Source: Gammaproteobacteria bacterium
GTDB lineage: Bacteria > Pseudomonadota > Gammaproteobacteria > CAJXQU01
Assembly (NCBI GenBank): GCA_965238175.1
Contig: CBDEGZ010000003.1
Location: 1,568,001 to 1,632,000, forward strand
Reading direction: 5' to 3'
DNA: 64,000 nucleotides
Below, one piece after another: positions 51,412-62,517 of the stretch. Both the position numbers and the translations under genes were made by a program. Numbering within the stretch: position 1 is the stretch's first letter; the number at the start of each line of letters is the position of its first letter. The notes beneath the pieces were generated by a model. The model saw only the letters and a list, made by a program, of their open reading frames with translations, did not search any database and was not told the origin of the DNA.

Positions 51412-53259
51412 ATGTGTGGCATTGCTGGAATTTATAATTATCATTATGCGTCTTGTGAAGTAGACAGAGAAGAGCTACTCAAAATACGTGATCATATGCA
51501 AGCTAGAGGGCCTGACGGTTTTGGGGAGTGGTTTTCAGAAGATAGGCATATCGCATTTGGACATCGAAGATTGTCTATTATTGATCTTCATAAACGTGCG
51601 GCCCAGCCGATGGTCAATGAAGATAGTAATTGTATCGTTACGTTTAACGGTGAAATTTATAATTATCAAGAATTAAGAAAGAAACTTGAAACAAAAGGTT
51701 ATAGGTTTAAGACAACCTCTGATACCGAAGTTTTGTTACACCTCTATACTGAGATGGGGGTGGATATGTTAAATGAATTGCGAGGCATGTTTGCCTTTGG
51801 CATCTGGGACAATAAAAAGAAACAATTATTTCTTGCAAGAGACCCTTATGGTATCAAACCGTTTTATTATGCTGATGATGGGTGGACTTTTCGGTTTGCT
51901 AGCCAGGTAAAAGCCATACTAGCAGGTGGAAAAGTATCGAGAACATCAGAACCTGCTGGGCAAGTCGGTTTTTATCTTTTTGGAAATATACCAGAACCCT
52001 ATACCTCGTGGCAGGAGATACGCGCGTTAGAATCTGGTACATATATGATCATCGATCAAGCGGGTATAAAAAAACAGCACAAGTATTTCAGCTTGTCGAG
52101 TGTTTACAAGGAAGCAGAAATTTTGGACGCACAGTTTGAAAAAATGGAGTGTGAACAAAACATCAGAAAATTATTTCTTGACTCTGTTCACCATCACATT
52201 GTATCAGATACCAAAGTTGGAGCCTTTTTATCTGCAGGCATTGATTCTGGAGCATTGGTAGCTTTGATGAAAGATGCAGGTTTGGATGAGGTTGAAACAT
52301 TAACCCTTGCTTTTTCAGAGCAACAAGGTACTCATGATGATGAGTCTTTACTAGCCGAACAAGTCGCGCAACGCTATAAAACAAAACATACAACACGTTT
52401 AATCACTCAAGGCGAGTTTGATGAAGACTTACCCAAAATTATAAACGCGATGGATCAACCTAGTATTGATGGAATTAACACCTGGTTTATAAGCAAAGCT
52501 GCTAAGGAGCAAGGTCTCAAGGTTGCTATTTCAGGAGTAGGTGGTGATGAGTTACTTGGCGGTTATTCAACTTTTAGCGATGTTCAGAAGATTATGAAAT
52601 ATAGTAGAGTGCCATCAAAGATACCATTTTCTGATCAGTTATTCCGACTTTTTTCCACAAAATTACTTTCACAAAAAACTTCATCTAATCCCAAACTCCC
52701 AGGTCTACTCAAATATGGTCGGAATCTTGCGAGTGCTTATTATTTAAAGAGAGGATTATTCTTACCATGGGAACTGGAAAATGTTCTTGATCGTGAAACT
52801 GTTTATGAAGGCTTGCGCCGATTACAACCAGAAAAAGTCGTTGCATCAGAGTTGCAATCAGGTGTTAAAGATTATCGCAGTAAAGTATCTATACTAGAAT
52901 CTACAATCTACATGAAGAATCAACTTTTGCGTGATACGGATTGGGCTAGTATGGCGCATTCTCTTGAAATTCGTACCCCTTTAGTTGATTCATATTTACT
53001 ACAGAAAATAGTACCTTATTTACTTAGTCAAGAGAAACATAATCACAAAATATCTTTGGCGAATAGCCCAACCTTACCGTTACCTGACACTGTTACAAAT
53101 AGAGAAAAAACAGGGTTTAGTATTCCAGTTGCAAACTGGTTGCAAACTAATGCTTCAACCCAACAATGGAAAGCAGTTTCAACATTAACTCAACCACGCT
53201 GTCCATGGGCTAGACGATGGGCATATTCAATAGCGATTCAGCATTTTTGTCCGCCATGA
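51412..53259 (+). CDS. asnB: Asparagine synthase-like glutamine amidotransferase (polysaccharide-associated)
   Basis: MCGIAG, RGPD, HRRLSIIDL, LSAGIDS and SGVGGDE motifs. Confidence 0.92.
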   Translation: MCGIAGIYNYHYASCEVDREELLKIRDHMQARGPDGFGEWFSEDRHIAFGHRRLSIIDLHKRAAQPMVNEDSNCIVTFNGEIYNYQELRKKLETKGYRFKTTSDTEVLLHLYTEMGVDMLNELRGMFAFGIWDNKKKQLFLARDPYGIKPFYYADDGWTFRFASQVKAILAGGKVSRTSEPAGQVGFYLFGNIPEPYTSWQEIRALESGTYMIIDQAGIKKQHKYFSLSSVYKEAEILDAQFEKMECEQNIRKLFLDSVHHHIVSDTKVGAFLSAGIDSGALVALMKDAGLDEVETLTLAFSEQQGTHDDESLLAEQVAQRYKTKHTTRLITQGEFDEDLPKIINAMDQPSIDGINTWFISKAAKEQGLKVAISGVGGDELLGGYSTFSDVQKIMKYSRVPSKIPFSDQLFRLFSTKLLSQKTSSNPKLPGLLKYGRNLASAYYLKRGLFLPWELENVLDRETVYEGLRRLQPEKVVASELQSGVKDYRSKVSILESTIYMKNQLLRDTDWASMAHSLEIRTPLVDSYLLQKIVPYLLSQEKHNHKISLANSPTLPLPDTVTNREKTGFSIPVANWLQTNASTQQWKAVSTLTQPRCPWARRWAYSIAIQHFCPP

Positions 53260-54359
53260 AAAAGGAAATAAGAATTTTAGCACTTGTGACAGATGCATTT
53301 GGTGGAGATGGAGGGATTTCACAATACAATCGTGATTTATTAACGGCTGTGTCATCACTAGATGTAGTAAAGGAAGTGATTGTGTTGCCGAGGTTGGGTT
53401 TACCTGATCAACCAGTACCTACAAAGATTAAAAACCTACCCGCTACTTTCAATCGACTTTTTTATACGTTTAAATCACTCAAGCTGATACTCAGTGAAGG
53501 TCCATTTGATGTGATATTTTGTGGTCACTTAGCGCATGCGTCATTAGCAGCAGTCTTATCAAAATTGACAAAAACACCAATTTGGTTGCAATTGCATGGG
53601 ATAGAGGCATGGACTTGTCCCTCACGATTATATCGTTGGGGAGTTGAACAGTCTGATTTGGTGACAGTAGTTAGTCGATATACAAAATTTCGATTTTCTA
53701 ATTGGGTTAACTTGTCGCCGGAAAAGATTAGAGTGTTGTCTAATACAGTATCAGAAATTTATATGCCAGGTGAAAAATCTGAAACCTTGATCAAGAAATA
53801 TGATCTTCACGACAAAAAGGTTCTTTTAACTGTTTCAAGAATTTCAAAAGCAGATAGATACAAAGGACATGACCGCGTCATCTCAGCATTAGCAAAAATC
53901 AAAAATAACATTCCGAATATAATTTATCTAATAGCAGGTTTGGGAGATTCTATGGATGACCTTAAGGCACTGGCGAAGAGTAAAGGAGTTGAACAAATCG
54001 TTAAATTCGTAGGTAGAGTTGATAACGAGGAGTTACCTGACTTATATCGTACAGTTGATGTCTTTGTTATGCCAAGCACAAATGAAGGGTTTGGGATCGT
54101 TTTCTTGGAAGCGATGCGATCTGGAATCACAACCGTGAGTGGTAATGTAGATGGCAGTGTTGATCCATTACAAGATGGTGACGCAGGTTACACCGTTTCT
54201 GGCACTAATGAAGATGTCCTAGTAGAAACAATCAAAGCAGCATTGAACTCTCCTATAGATGGCACACCTTATGCTCAAAAGTTTAGTATAAGAGCATTTT
54301 CAGAACATGCTAACCGGTTATTAATACAATTGATCAATCAACCTTCTAGTAACCAATAG
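53256..54359 (+). CDS. Glycosyltransferase family 4
   Basis: YKGHD and EGFGIVFLEA motifs; start overlaps the asnB stop (ATGA). Confidence 0.92.
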   Translation: MKKEIRILALVTDAFGGDGGISQYNRDLLTAVSSLDVVKEVIVLPRLGLPDQPVPTKIKNLPATFNRLFYTFKSLKLILSEGPFDVIFCGHLAHASLAAVLSKLTKTPIWLQLHGIEAWTCPSRLYRWGVEQSDLVTVVSRYTKFRFSNWVNLSPEKIRVLSNTVSEIYMPGEKSETLIKKYDLHDKKVLLTVSRISKADRYKGHDRVISALAKIKNNIPNIIYLIAGLGDSMDDLKALAKSKGVEQIVKFVGRVDNEELPDLYRTVDVFVMPSTNEGFGIVFLEAMRSGITTVSGNVDGSVDPLQDGDAGYTVSGTNEDVLVETIKAALNSPIDGTPYAQKFSIRAFSEHANRLLIQLINQPSSNQ

Positions 54360-54369
54360 AGCGAAAATT

Positions 54370-55917
54370 ATGTTATTTATTTATTTGTTTTCAATAATTG
54401 TCCCACTTAGTTTAGTCCTTATTGGTTTTCCTCAGGCGCGAGACTGGTTGCTTGATCATTGGCAACTCGAAGAATATAGCCATGTCATTTTATTACCCGC
54501 AGTAGGGGTTTATCTTCTATTACAAAATAGCGAAAAGTTTTCGATAGATAAAAAGATAAACCGTTCAATTGGTTTTTATATTATTATCGTTTCAATATTT
54601 ATCTTGCTCCTTTCACACTATGGGCAAATGATCAGCTTTTACGGTTATGCATTGTTATTATTGTGTTACGGCACTTATATCAGTGTGTTGGGTTGGGATT
54701 CTTTCAAGAAGAACTGGCCAGCAATGGTTATTTTGTTTTTTGCAGTGCCATTCCCATCAATTTTATTCAATAGTATCTCCACACAATTACAATTAATGTC
54801 CTCATCAATCGGCTCGTCTATTATTAGAGCATCTGGGATCAGTGTTTATCAGAATGGCAATATTATCGATTTGGGTACGATACAACTGGAAGTTGTCGAA
54901 GCCTGCGCGGGTTTACGATATCTATTTCCGTTAATGACGGTTGGCTTCATTGTCGCTGTATTTTACAAAGCATCACTGACCAGAAAGTGGATAATATTTT
55001 TATCTAGTATTCCGATCACGATCATCATTAACAGCCTTCGAATTGCCATGATCGCCATACTTCTGGAATATGCAAATATCGATACGACGACAGGTTTTAT
55101 TCACGATTTTGAAGGTTGGATCATGTTTATGCTGGCAATGGCCATATTGTTATTTCTTGCATCATTTATGACATGGTTTTCCGGTCAAAAACGAGGTTGG
55201 CGTGATGTTATTGAAATAGAACCGCTCGATTTATCGAAAAGTAGGTTAATCAAGTTATTTACACTGACGCCTAATGTTTCAATTCCTCTAATTGCATTAA
55301 CAGTACTATTTACTATGCTGTTAATCACATCACCTTTTTTACCAGAACGGAAAATAATACAACCAGACCGAGAGTTATTTTCAACCTTTCCTACAGCACT
55401 AGGAACTTGGGAAGGAAGGCATTTGGAAATGGAGGAAATTTATAAAAATGCCTTACCGTGGAATGACTATCTCTGGATGGACTTTACCAATCCTCAGGGA
55501 GCACATATCAGTCTTTTCATACCATATTTTGATTCACTATATAAAGATTCATATGCACATAACCCAAGTGTATGCCTACCGGGGAATGGTTGGACGATTG
55601 AGAATGATCAGGAACTCATTATTAAAAATTCGCAAAATGGTGCAGAGATGAAAGTTAACCGACTTGAAACAAAAGTAGGTGGGAAGAACAACCTAGTTTA
55701 TTACTGGTTTCAACATTATGGTTCTAGTCTAGCCGATCAGAAATTGGTCAAACCGGTTCTACTTTGGAATTCAATTACAAAAGGTAGAGCAGATGGCGCA
55801 CTGGTCAGACTAATTCTCGATCTTGATAAGCTACCAAGTAATGTGAGTCCAGAAGATTTGATCAAAGATATGATTGATCAAATCAATATTGTATTACCTA
55901 ACTATGTGCCGGACTAA
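54370..55917 (+). CDS. xrtD: Exosortase fused to an EpsI domain (XrtD-like)
   Basis: EYSH, VVEACAGLRYLFPL, NSLRI and HDFEGW (C/R/H triad); EpsI motifs HNPSVCLPGNGW, YYWF and GRADGALVR. Confidence 0.82.
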   Translation: MLFIYLFSIIVPLSLVLIGFPQARDWLLDHWQLEEYSHVILLPAVGVYLLLQNSEKFSIDKKINRSIGFYIIIVSIFILLLSHYGQMISFYGYALLLLCYGTYISVLGWDSFKKNWPAMVILFFAVPFPSILFNSISTQLQLMSSSIGSSIIRASGISVYQNGNIIDLGTIQLEVVEACAGLRYLFPLMTVGFIVAVFYKASLTRKWIIFLSSIPITIIINSLRIAMIAILLEYANIDTTTGFIHDFEGWIMFMLAMAILLFLASFMTWFSGQKRGWRDVIEIEPLDLSKSRLIKLFTLTPNVSIPLIALTVLFTMLLITSPFLPERKIIQPDRELFSTFPTALGTWEGRHLEMEEIYKNALPWNDYLWMDFTNPQGAHISLFIPYFDSLYKDSYAHNPSVCLPGNGWTIENDQELIIKNSQNGAEMKVNRLETKVGGKNNLVYYWFQHYGSSLADQKLVKPVLLWNSITKGRADGALVRLILDLDKLPSNVSPEDLIKDMIDQINIVLPNYVPD

Positions 55918-55984
55918 AAATATCTCGTTGATCAATATTGTCAAACATTTTTCATAAATCGATGAAAGTCACTCACCATTATCT

Positions 55985-57274
55985 ATGAGTATTGTAAGCA
56001 TAAAGAAAGGAATTTATATTACAGGATTAACACAGCTCTTAACTGCGGTAGGACAACTAGTTGGAATAAGAATACTAACAGAAATATTACCACCAGGTAT
56101 TTTTGGAAAACTAGCATTATTATTAGGTGTTGTAGCACTAGGAATGTCATTACTAATGAATCCAACTATGCAGGCGTTACTCCGATATTTCCCTGCCTAT
56201 TATGAACAAAAGCCATATCTTTTAAAATGTGTAATATTTAATAGGATAAAAAAAACACTCTTAATTTCATTACCATTCATTTTGCCACTAGTATTTCTTG
56301 GTATTACAAAAGAATGGTTTGAATATAAGGAAGTTATTTTGTTGTTGGTTTTGATGCTTGTTGATGGAATGAAATCCTATCAAACGACAATGCTTAACGC
56401 AGAAATGAAGCATCGATTGTATGGATATTGGCAAGCTAGTGAAGCATGGGCAAGACCCATTGTTGCATATATCGCAGTAACGTTTTTTAGTGTAAATATT
56501 TCAACGGTATTGTTGGCTTATATTTTTATTTCATTATTGTTGTATTTTGTTTTTTATAAAAACTTAGCTAAGAATGTGCAAAAAAAAATCAGCCAAACAG
56601 AATATGTGGAACTCTTTGAAAAATTTCGAAGTTATAGTAAACCACTCATACCATTAGCAATAATAGGTTGGATTTCAGGTATGGCTGATCGTTATATGAT
56701 AGGTGGGTTTTTATCTTTAAAAGATGTCGGTATGTATGCTGCCATTTACGCATTGGCAAGTCGACCTATGTTGATGCTTTCTAGTATTCCAGAAATATCA
56801 ATTAGACCTTTGTATTATGCGGCAGTGAGTTCTCATGATACAAAACTTGCGAATAAATACTTGTTTGTATGGTTTTTAATTGTAGCTTTTTTTGCCATCG
56901 TTCTGATTCTATTTTTACTATATTTTCACGAGCTTATCGCGAAATTATTGTTGGCGAGCGAGTTTAGAGAAGCTTCTTATTTGATGCCTTGGATTGGATT
57001 AGGGTATGGCATGCTAGCACTATCACATATTACAACAAGAGTCTGTTATGCATATGATGCAACATGGTCCGTATTTCTAATCGAGTTATCGGGCGCTATG
57101 TTGGTTTTGTTGGTAGGCATGCCTTTGGTTTATAGTTTTGGTCTGCTTGGGGCAGCAATCTCTATACCTATTTATTTTGGATTGCAGTTATTAATTTCTA
57201 CATACATTGCGTTTAAATTAATACATAAAGCTAAGGCTGATTTCACAGATAATCAAGTTACGATAGGAAGGTAA
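55985..57274 (+). CDS. Wzx-type polysaccharide flippase
   Basis: Polytopic, about 12 transmembrane segments; ADRYMIG..L...VGMYAA.Y motif. Confidence 0.85.
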   Translation: MSIVSIKKGIYITGLTQLLTAVGQLVGIRILTEILPPGIFGKLALLLGVVALGMSLLMNPTMQALLRYFPAYYEQKPYLLKCVIFNRIKKTLLISLPFILPLVFLGITKEWFEYKEVILLLVLMLVDGMKSYQTTMLNAEMKHRLYGYWQASEAWARPIVAYIAVTFFSVNISTVLLAYIFISLLLYFVFYKNLAKNVQKKISQTEYVELFEKFRSYSKPLIPLAIIGWISGMADRYMIGGFLSLKDVGMYAAIYALASRPMLMLSSIPEISIRPLYYAAVSSHDTKLANKYLFVWFLIVAFFAIVLILFLLYFHELIAKLLLASEFREASYLMPWIGLGYGMLALSHITTRVCYAYDATWSVFLIELSGAMLVLLVGMPLVYSFGLLGAAISIPIYFGLQLLISTYIAFKLIHKAKADFTDNQVTIGR

Positions 57275-57279
57275 GGTTA

Positions 57280-57619
57280 TGAATGAAATTAAGGCGGTGG
57301 TGAACTATTGTATTTATCTATAGGCTAATCATGGACATGACTTTCCGAAAGTGAATGATACTTTGGTTTATAAAGCTGACCCGTAGGGCGAGTTATCTTG
57401 CATGCGCCTAAACTGACACTATGGAATGCTAAGCACCAATATAATGATTTCAACTCTAACGATCTTTTTAGATTATTACGTGTTACCGGTTTTTATCAGC
57501 TTCAATCTAGAGTGTTAACCCATGTGCCATGCGGCATACTCTTATCATCTCTGTGCGCAATCTATTTGGCACGTCATAAGAGGCTGTTTGATGCTGCGGA
57601 ATTTTATAGAAACAGGTGA
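57280..57619 (+). pseudogene. Degraded gene remnant, possibly a SAM methyltransferase
   Basis: ATG 5 bp after wzx is followed by broken frames ending ...HAPK...DLFRLLRVTGF; fills the gap inside the operon. Confidence 0.35.
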
Positions 57620-57667
57620 TAAAGGTAGTGGTACTTTTACAAGAGTATTTTTTATTATTGGAATTAA

Positions 57668-58714
57668 ATGCAATTGATGAAGATTTTTTATATTGGGCAA
57701 TTATCAGAAGGATCGACCAGTTTGGAAAGGATGAAAACCCTTCAGCAGCTAGGTCATAAAACTATACCTTTTGATATTTTACCTTTTGCCCGAAAAAAGT
57801 TTTGGCTAAATCAGTCTATTGCTTCAAGATTCAATTTTGGTTCCATTCTAACTGAGTTAAATTCTTCATTGATCAAAGAGGTGCAAGCTCTAGATGGTAT
57901 TACACATGTTTGGGTGGATAAGGGGACATGGATCTATCCAGAAACCTTGAGGTATCTAAAGGAAAAAACTAAGGCATTATTATTCCACTACACACCAGAT
58001 CCGCAGTTTTTTTTCCATCGTTCAAAACATTTTATAGATTCAGTACCTATTTATGATGTGCTTATCACCACCAAAGAATGGGAGCTTGATTCTTATAAAG
58101 CAAGCGGTGCAGAGGATGTTATTTTGACGTACCAAGGCTATGATAATAGGTTTTCCCCTATTATTCCGACTACGGAAATAATAGATAAATACGCTTCTGA
58201 TGTATGTTTTATTGGTCACCCAGAACGACATTATTCGGATAGATTTAGTAGCTTTGCTAATACAGAAATTAACCTCCGTGTTTGGGGGCGAAGGTGGAAT
58301 AGGTATACTTTCTTTAAAAAAGATATAAGACCATATATATCAGGCGAAGGACTTTGGGGTAATGCTTATTTAGATGCTATTTCGTGTGCAAAAATTGGAT
58401 TGGGCTTGTTAAGTAAATGGATCCCGGAAACATCTACCACACGCACTTTTGAAATACCTGCTATGGGAATATTCTTGCTTGCTGAACGAACATCTATACA
58501 TCAGCAGCTATTTGAAGAAAGCAAGGAGGCCGAATTCTTCAGTTCTGATGAAGAAATGTTGGAAAAAATTCAGTTTTACTTAGCAAATGAAAATGCACGC
58601 AAAAAAATTGCAAGAGCAGGCCGGGTACGATGTGAACAAAGTGGATACTCAAGCTCAGTATTATTAGGTAAAGTCATAGAAAAATTAATGCTTAATAAGG
58701 TTTCTAAAAAATGA
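57668..58714 (+). CDS. CgeB-like glycosyltransferase
   Basis: DVCFIGH, RTFEIPAMG.FLLAERT and RKKIARAG motifs. Confidence 0.85.
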   Translation: MQLMKIFYIGQLSEGSTSLERMKTLQQLGHKTIPFDILPFARKKFWLNQSIASRFNFGSILTELNSSLIKEVQALDGITHVWVDKGTWIYPETLRYLKEKTKALLFHYTPDPQFFFHRSKHFIDSVPIYDVLITTKEWELDSYKASGAEDVILTYQGYDNRFSPIIPTTEIIDKYASDVCFIGHPERHYSDRFSSFANTEINLRVWGRRWNRYTFFKKDIRPYISGEGLWGNAYLDAISCAKIGLGLLSKWIPETSTTRTFEIPAMGIFLLAERTSIHQQLFEESKEAEFFSSDEEMLEKIQFYLANENARKKIARAGRVRCEQSGYSSSVLLGKVIEKLMLNKVSKK

Positions 58715-58739
58715 GTACTTATTACATAACAGATAAAAA

Positions 58740-60221
58740 ATGTCTATGAAACAAACAAAGAATATAAGTGTTACGTCACTTCCTCTTAATTATTTGGGAG
58801 GCTACATTTTATTTTGCACTTTGTTGGTTGCAATTCAGATCTTGTGGAGTATTTCTAACCTGGGTGATATAAGAACTCTGAATACTTTCATACCAATCTG
58901 CTTGGTAATCTCTAGTTTATTTGTTATCTGGAAAATTATTAGGTTTGATCCATTTGCTATATGGAACCCTTTGATTTGGTTCTTTTTGGCCTGCTGTGTG
59001 TACTACGGATTAGGTCAGCTTATTCATATTTTTGGTACCGTGGATAGTGTACGACGTGTCAACACCTTATACTTTGTTGATCAGTCTGGGTTAGCTAGAA
59101 CAAATTTACTAAATACAGTAGGTGTTTTGGTAACCACTTTCACTTATTTTCTAATAGTTTCGTTTTTAAAAAGTATTAAAAAACATTCGGCAAATTTAGA
59201 AAAAGATATGGAAGTAGAGCGCTATGGTATAAAGGAAGCTAGGTTTTCAATAATTTTATTTCTATCTATTGGCCTTCCGATTAAATATATATATCAGCTC
59301 CCTTATGACCTCGGCCTTATTAACTGGGTGTTACCAGGCGCTGTTAAATACCTCGGTACTTTTACCGGTTTATCTATCATTCCTTTATATTGGTTGAATA
59401 AGAAACGGGGAGGTATTTATAGACCAATGTTAATAGCTCTAATTTGTGCTGAGTTAATAATAGGCTTTATTGGTTTGGCAAAGCTTCATGTGATAATGAT
59501 ACTAATATTTTTTGTATTGGCGAAACAGTTATATAAACCAAGTTTTAAAAGTTTAGTATTTTCCGGATTGTTTATAGCACTCTTTTATGCTTTGGTATTA
59601 TCACCTTTTGTAAATTTTACAAGAGTACATCTTCAAAAGGTCACCGCAACTAGTATAGGGAGTGTGGTACAATCAAGCGAAGCCTTTAAAAAACGTGGAT
59701 GGTCAGTAAAAGATGGAGCCTTCCCTAAGGCGCAACTTTGGTGGACTAGATTGGCGTATTCCTCATCAACACTTTTTGCCATGCATCAGTATGACAAGGG
59801 GCACCCTGGTAGTACGTTTGCATTAGCACCATACGTCTTTATCCCAAGATTTATTTACCCAGAAAAGCCTATTATGACTTCAGGGCTTGATTTTACTTAT
59901 CTGATAATGCGTAGTAAGCAGACAAGATCACTCACAGGTCTTGGTATATATGGAGAAGGTTACTGGAATATGGGCTGGCTGGGTGTGTTTATAACTGGAG
60001 TAGTGGCTGGGGTGCTCTTTGCCATATATGCAATAGTGTGTGGGCTTGTTGTATCAAAGTACAACTTTCTTTATCTGCCCATTGCGATTGCCGGAATAAC
60101 AATGGGTTTTCGTATTGATGACTGGTTTATCCCTGCTTATCTGGGGACAAGCATACAACTCTTTGTCATCTATTCATTTATACGATTCATAATTAGGCCT
60201 ATGTTCAAACTGAGAATGTAG
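58740..60221 (+). CDS. Polytopic membrane protein, probable Wzy polymerase
   Basis: More than 10 transmembrane segments; FIPRFIYPEKP and GEGYWNMGWLGV motifs. Confidence 0.7.
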   Translation: MSMKQTKNISVTSLPLNYLGGYILFCTLLVAIQILWSISNLGDIRTLNTFIPICLVISSLFVIWKIIRFDPFAIWNPLIWFFLACCVYYGLGQLIHIFGTVDSVRRVNTLYFVDQSGLARTNLLNTVGVLVTTFTYFLIVSFLKSIKKHSANLEKDMEVERYGIKEARFSIILFLSIGLPIKYIYQLPYDLGLINWVLPGAVKYLGTFTGLSIIPLYWLNKKRGGIYRPMLIALICAELIIGFIGLAKLHVIMILIFFVLAKQLYKPSFKSLVFSGLFIALFYALVLSPFVNFTRVHLQKVTATSIGSVVQSSEAFKKRGWSVKDGAFPKAQLWWTRLAYSSSTLFAMHQYDKGHPGSTFALAPYVFIPRFIYPEKPIMTSGLDFTYLIMRSKQTRSLTGLGIYGEGYWNMGWLGVFITGVVAGVLFAIYAIVCGLVVSKYNFLYLPIAIAGITMGFRIDDWFIPAYLGTSIQLFVIYSFIRFIIRPMFKLRM

Positions 60222-60924
60222 GCCTGAATTGTCTTTTATCTAATTATCTATCACTGATAGGAATATTAATAAGAATGATTGCTCAACAATACATCGATAA
60301 ATTTTATCCGAATGAACAATTCAATGGGACATTGATTTTTTATAAATGGATCAGGGAATATACTCATAACAAAACCAGAATGCTAAATCTGGGAGCGGGC
60401 CCTGCCTCCAAAGAGAAAGTACGGTCGTTTAAAGGTGAGGTTGAGTGTGTTATCGGTGTGGACATTGATGATGAAGTGCTCGGTAATGAAGACTTGGATG
60501 AGTCATATCTAATTGAAAACGATCGCTTGCCATTTGAAGATAGTTCATTTGATGTTGTGATAAGTGATTACGTTCTTGAGCATGTTGAGAAACCAGAGCA
60601 ATTTTTATCGGAAGTTTATAGAGTTCTACGTCCAGAAGGCCATTTTTTATTCAGAACACCAAACAAATATCATTACGTTGCATTAATAGCAAAACTAACT
60701 CCACATTGGTTTCATTTGTTGGTTGCAAATCGTACTCGCGGCTTAGCAGAAGATTCACATGATCCATACCCAACTTTTTATCGAATAAATTCAAAAAAAG
60801 AAATAAATAAATTAAGTTATGAGTTTGGGTTTAGTCAATCTGAACTCAAAATGATTGAATGTGAACCTGCTACATTTTAACGGATACATTAAATAGGCGA
60901 CAATATGCCTTTAGGAGTATCCAA

Positions 60925-61236
60925 ATGACCAGCAACAGAAAACCATACAAAACCTATACCCGAGAATTCAAACTAGAAGCGTTACGCTTGATGGAGCAAT
61001 CAGATAAACCGTCATCTGAGATTGCCGCTGAACTTGGTATACGGCGTAATCAGCTCTATAAATGGAAAGAACAACTGACCGACAAAGGTGATACTGCATT
61101 CCCAGAACAACGTGGAAGGCCTAAGAAAGAAGCACAAAGTGAACTCACCACCTTACGCCAAGATAATGCACGGCTGAAGGAGGAAGTTGAGATATTAAAA
61201 AAGGCCGCGGTGTACTTTGCAGGCGAACTCAAGTGA
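60925..61236 (+). CDS. IS3 transposase OrfA
   Basis: YTREFKLEA helix-turn-helix and EILKKAAVYFA. A_AAA_AAG -1 slip site at 61197-61203 with SD-like AAGGAGG upstream. Confidence 0.93.
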   Translation: MTSNRKPYKTYTREFKLEALRLMEQSDKPSSEIAAELGIRRNQLYKWKEQLTDKGDTAFPEQRGRPKKEAQSELTTLRQDNARLKEEVEILKKAAVYFAGELK

Positions 61237-62093
61237 AGTACGCCTTTATTAAAATACAACGTCGCCATCACTCTGTGTCGTTATTATGTCGCACCCTGAC
61301 TGTCTCAGTCAGTGGTTATTATGATTGGTTAGACAGGCCTCAAAGTAAGACACACTCAACGAATCAACGGTTACTGACGAAAATAAGATGTTTTCATCAA
61401 GCTAGTTTTAAGCGTTATGGTTCACCTCGGATACATCGAGACCTACTCGATTCAGGTGAAAAAGTAAGTCGACCGCGTGTTGCACGTTTGATGAAGACTG
61501 CTGGCATTCAATCGAAGATGGCCAAACGGTTTGTGATTACAACCAATTCAAAAAATACCACAGCACCTGCACCCGATAGGCTCAAACGTGAATTTCGTGT
61601 CAATGAAACAAATAAAGCCTGGGTAGCTGACACGACCTTTATTCGTACTCGGCAAGGTTGGTTATATTTGGCTACCATGATGGACTTGTATTCACGGCAA
61701 ATTATTGGCTGGGCGATGTCTGAGCGTAATGACACCAAGCTAGTCACTGATGCGTTAACGATGTCGCTGTCACGCAGAGACAAGGCAAAAGATGTGATTG
61801 TCCATTCCGACCAAGGCAGCACTTATGCCTCGGGTGATTATCGAAAGCTCATTAAAGATAATGGCTTCCTTTGTAGTATGAGCCGAAAAGGTGAATGCCA
61901 TGATAATGCGGTCGCTGAAAGTTTCTTCGGCAGCCTCAAAACAGAGTTGGTTGATGATGAGGATTATCGAACACGTAGCGATGCCAAACAAAGCCTATTT
62001 CACTATATTGAAGTGTTTTATAATCGAAGACGGAGGCATTCTTATTTAGGCTATGTTAGCCCTGTAGAATTTGAGCGGGCAAATGCCCCTTAG
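61233..62093 (+). CDS. IS3 transposase OrfB (DDE)
   Basis: YGSPRI, WVADTT, HSDQGS and DNAVAESFF motifs. Confidence 0.95.
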   Translation: MKYAFIKIQRRHHSVSLLCRTLTVSVSGYYDWLDRPQSKTHSTNQRLLTKIRCFHQASFKRYGSPRIHRDLLDSGEKVSRPRVARLMKTAGIQSKMAKRFVITTNSKNTTAPAPDRLKREFRVNETNKAWVADTTFIRTRQGWLYLATMMDLYSRQIIGWAMSERNDTKLVTDALTMSLSRRDKAKDVIVHSDQGSTYASGDYRKLIKDNGFLCSMSRKGECHDNAVAESFFGSLKTELVDDEDYRTRSDAKQSLFHYIEVFYNRRRRHSYLGYVSPVEFERANAP

Positions 62094-62294
62094 TTATTTG
62101 CTCCGTTAAAGTGTTGCAACCTCAATGTGACCCTTCATATTTAACATTCTCTAAATTGACTTTTCTTCTAGGAGTCCTGTACGAGAGAACTGTCAATAGG
62201 TTTTCATTATTATCAGGAGTAAGAGCAAATATATTTGGAAGATTAACTAAATAATTTATATGTTATTAAATAGCTATCCCAACTCTAGATATTG

Positions 62295-62500
62295 ATGACA
62301 AAAATAATAAGTACAATTCATACCAAACCGTCAATTTCCAATGAAGCGAGCCTACTTATTCAGTTGTTCAATTATGTGAAACAGCAATAAAAATTGGGGT
62401 GAAGGTCAATGACTCGTACTATTTGAGTGTCTATGGGATGGTTGTGTTTACAAATATGTTTTTGTCGTTATTCCAGAAAAAAACCAGACTCAACAAAATT
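62295..62500 (+). pseudogene. 5' remnant of a GT4 glycosyltransferase
   Basis: IHTKPSISNEAS, then after a frameshift PTYSVVQLCE; resembles GT4 N-termini (H..PSIS.EASGP.YSV..LCE). 3' end approximate. Confidence 0.5.
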
Positions 62501-62517
62501 TTCATGTGTCGACATAG

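Larger units (their letters stand above)
60862..62124 (+). mobile_element. IS3 family insertion sequence (1263 bp)
   Basis: TG...CA ends with imperfect inverted repeats TGAACCTGCTACATTTTAACGGA and TCCGTTAAAGTGTTGCAACCTCA. 3-bp target duplication ATG at 60859-60861 and 62125-62127. Confidence 0.95.
60275..62254 (+). pseudogene. Class I SAM methyltransferase interrupted by IS3
   Basis: NLGAG, VLEHV and LRPEG motifs. Removing the IS and one ATG copy restores ...MIECDPSYLTFSKLTFLLGVLYERTVNRFSLLSGVRANIFGRLTK* (stop 62252-62254). Confidence 0.9.
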
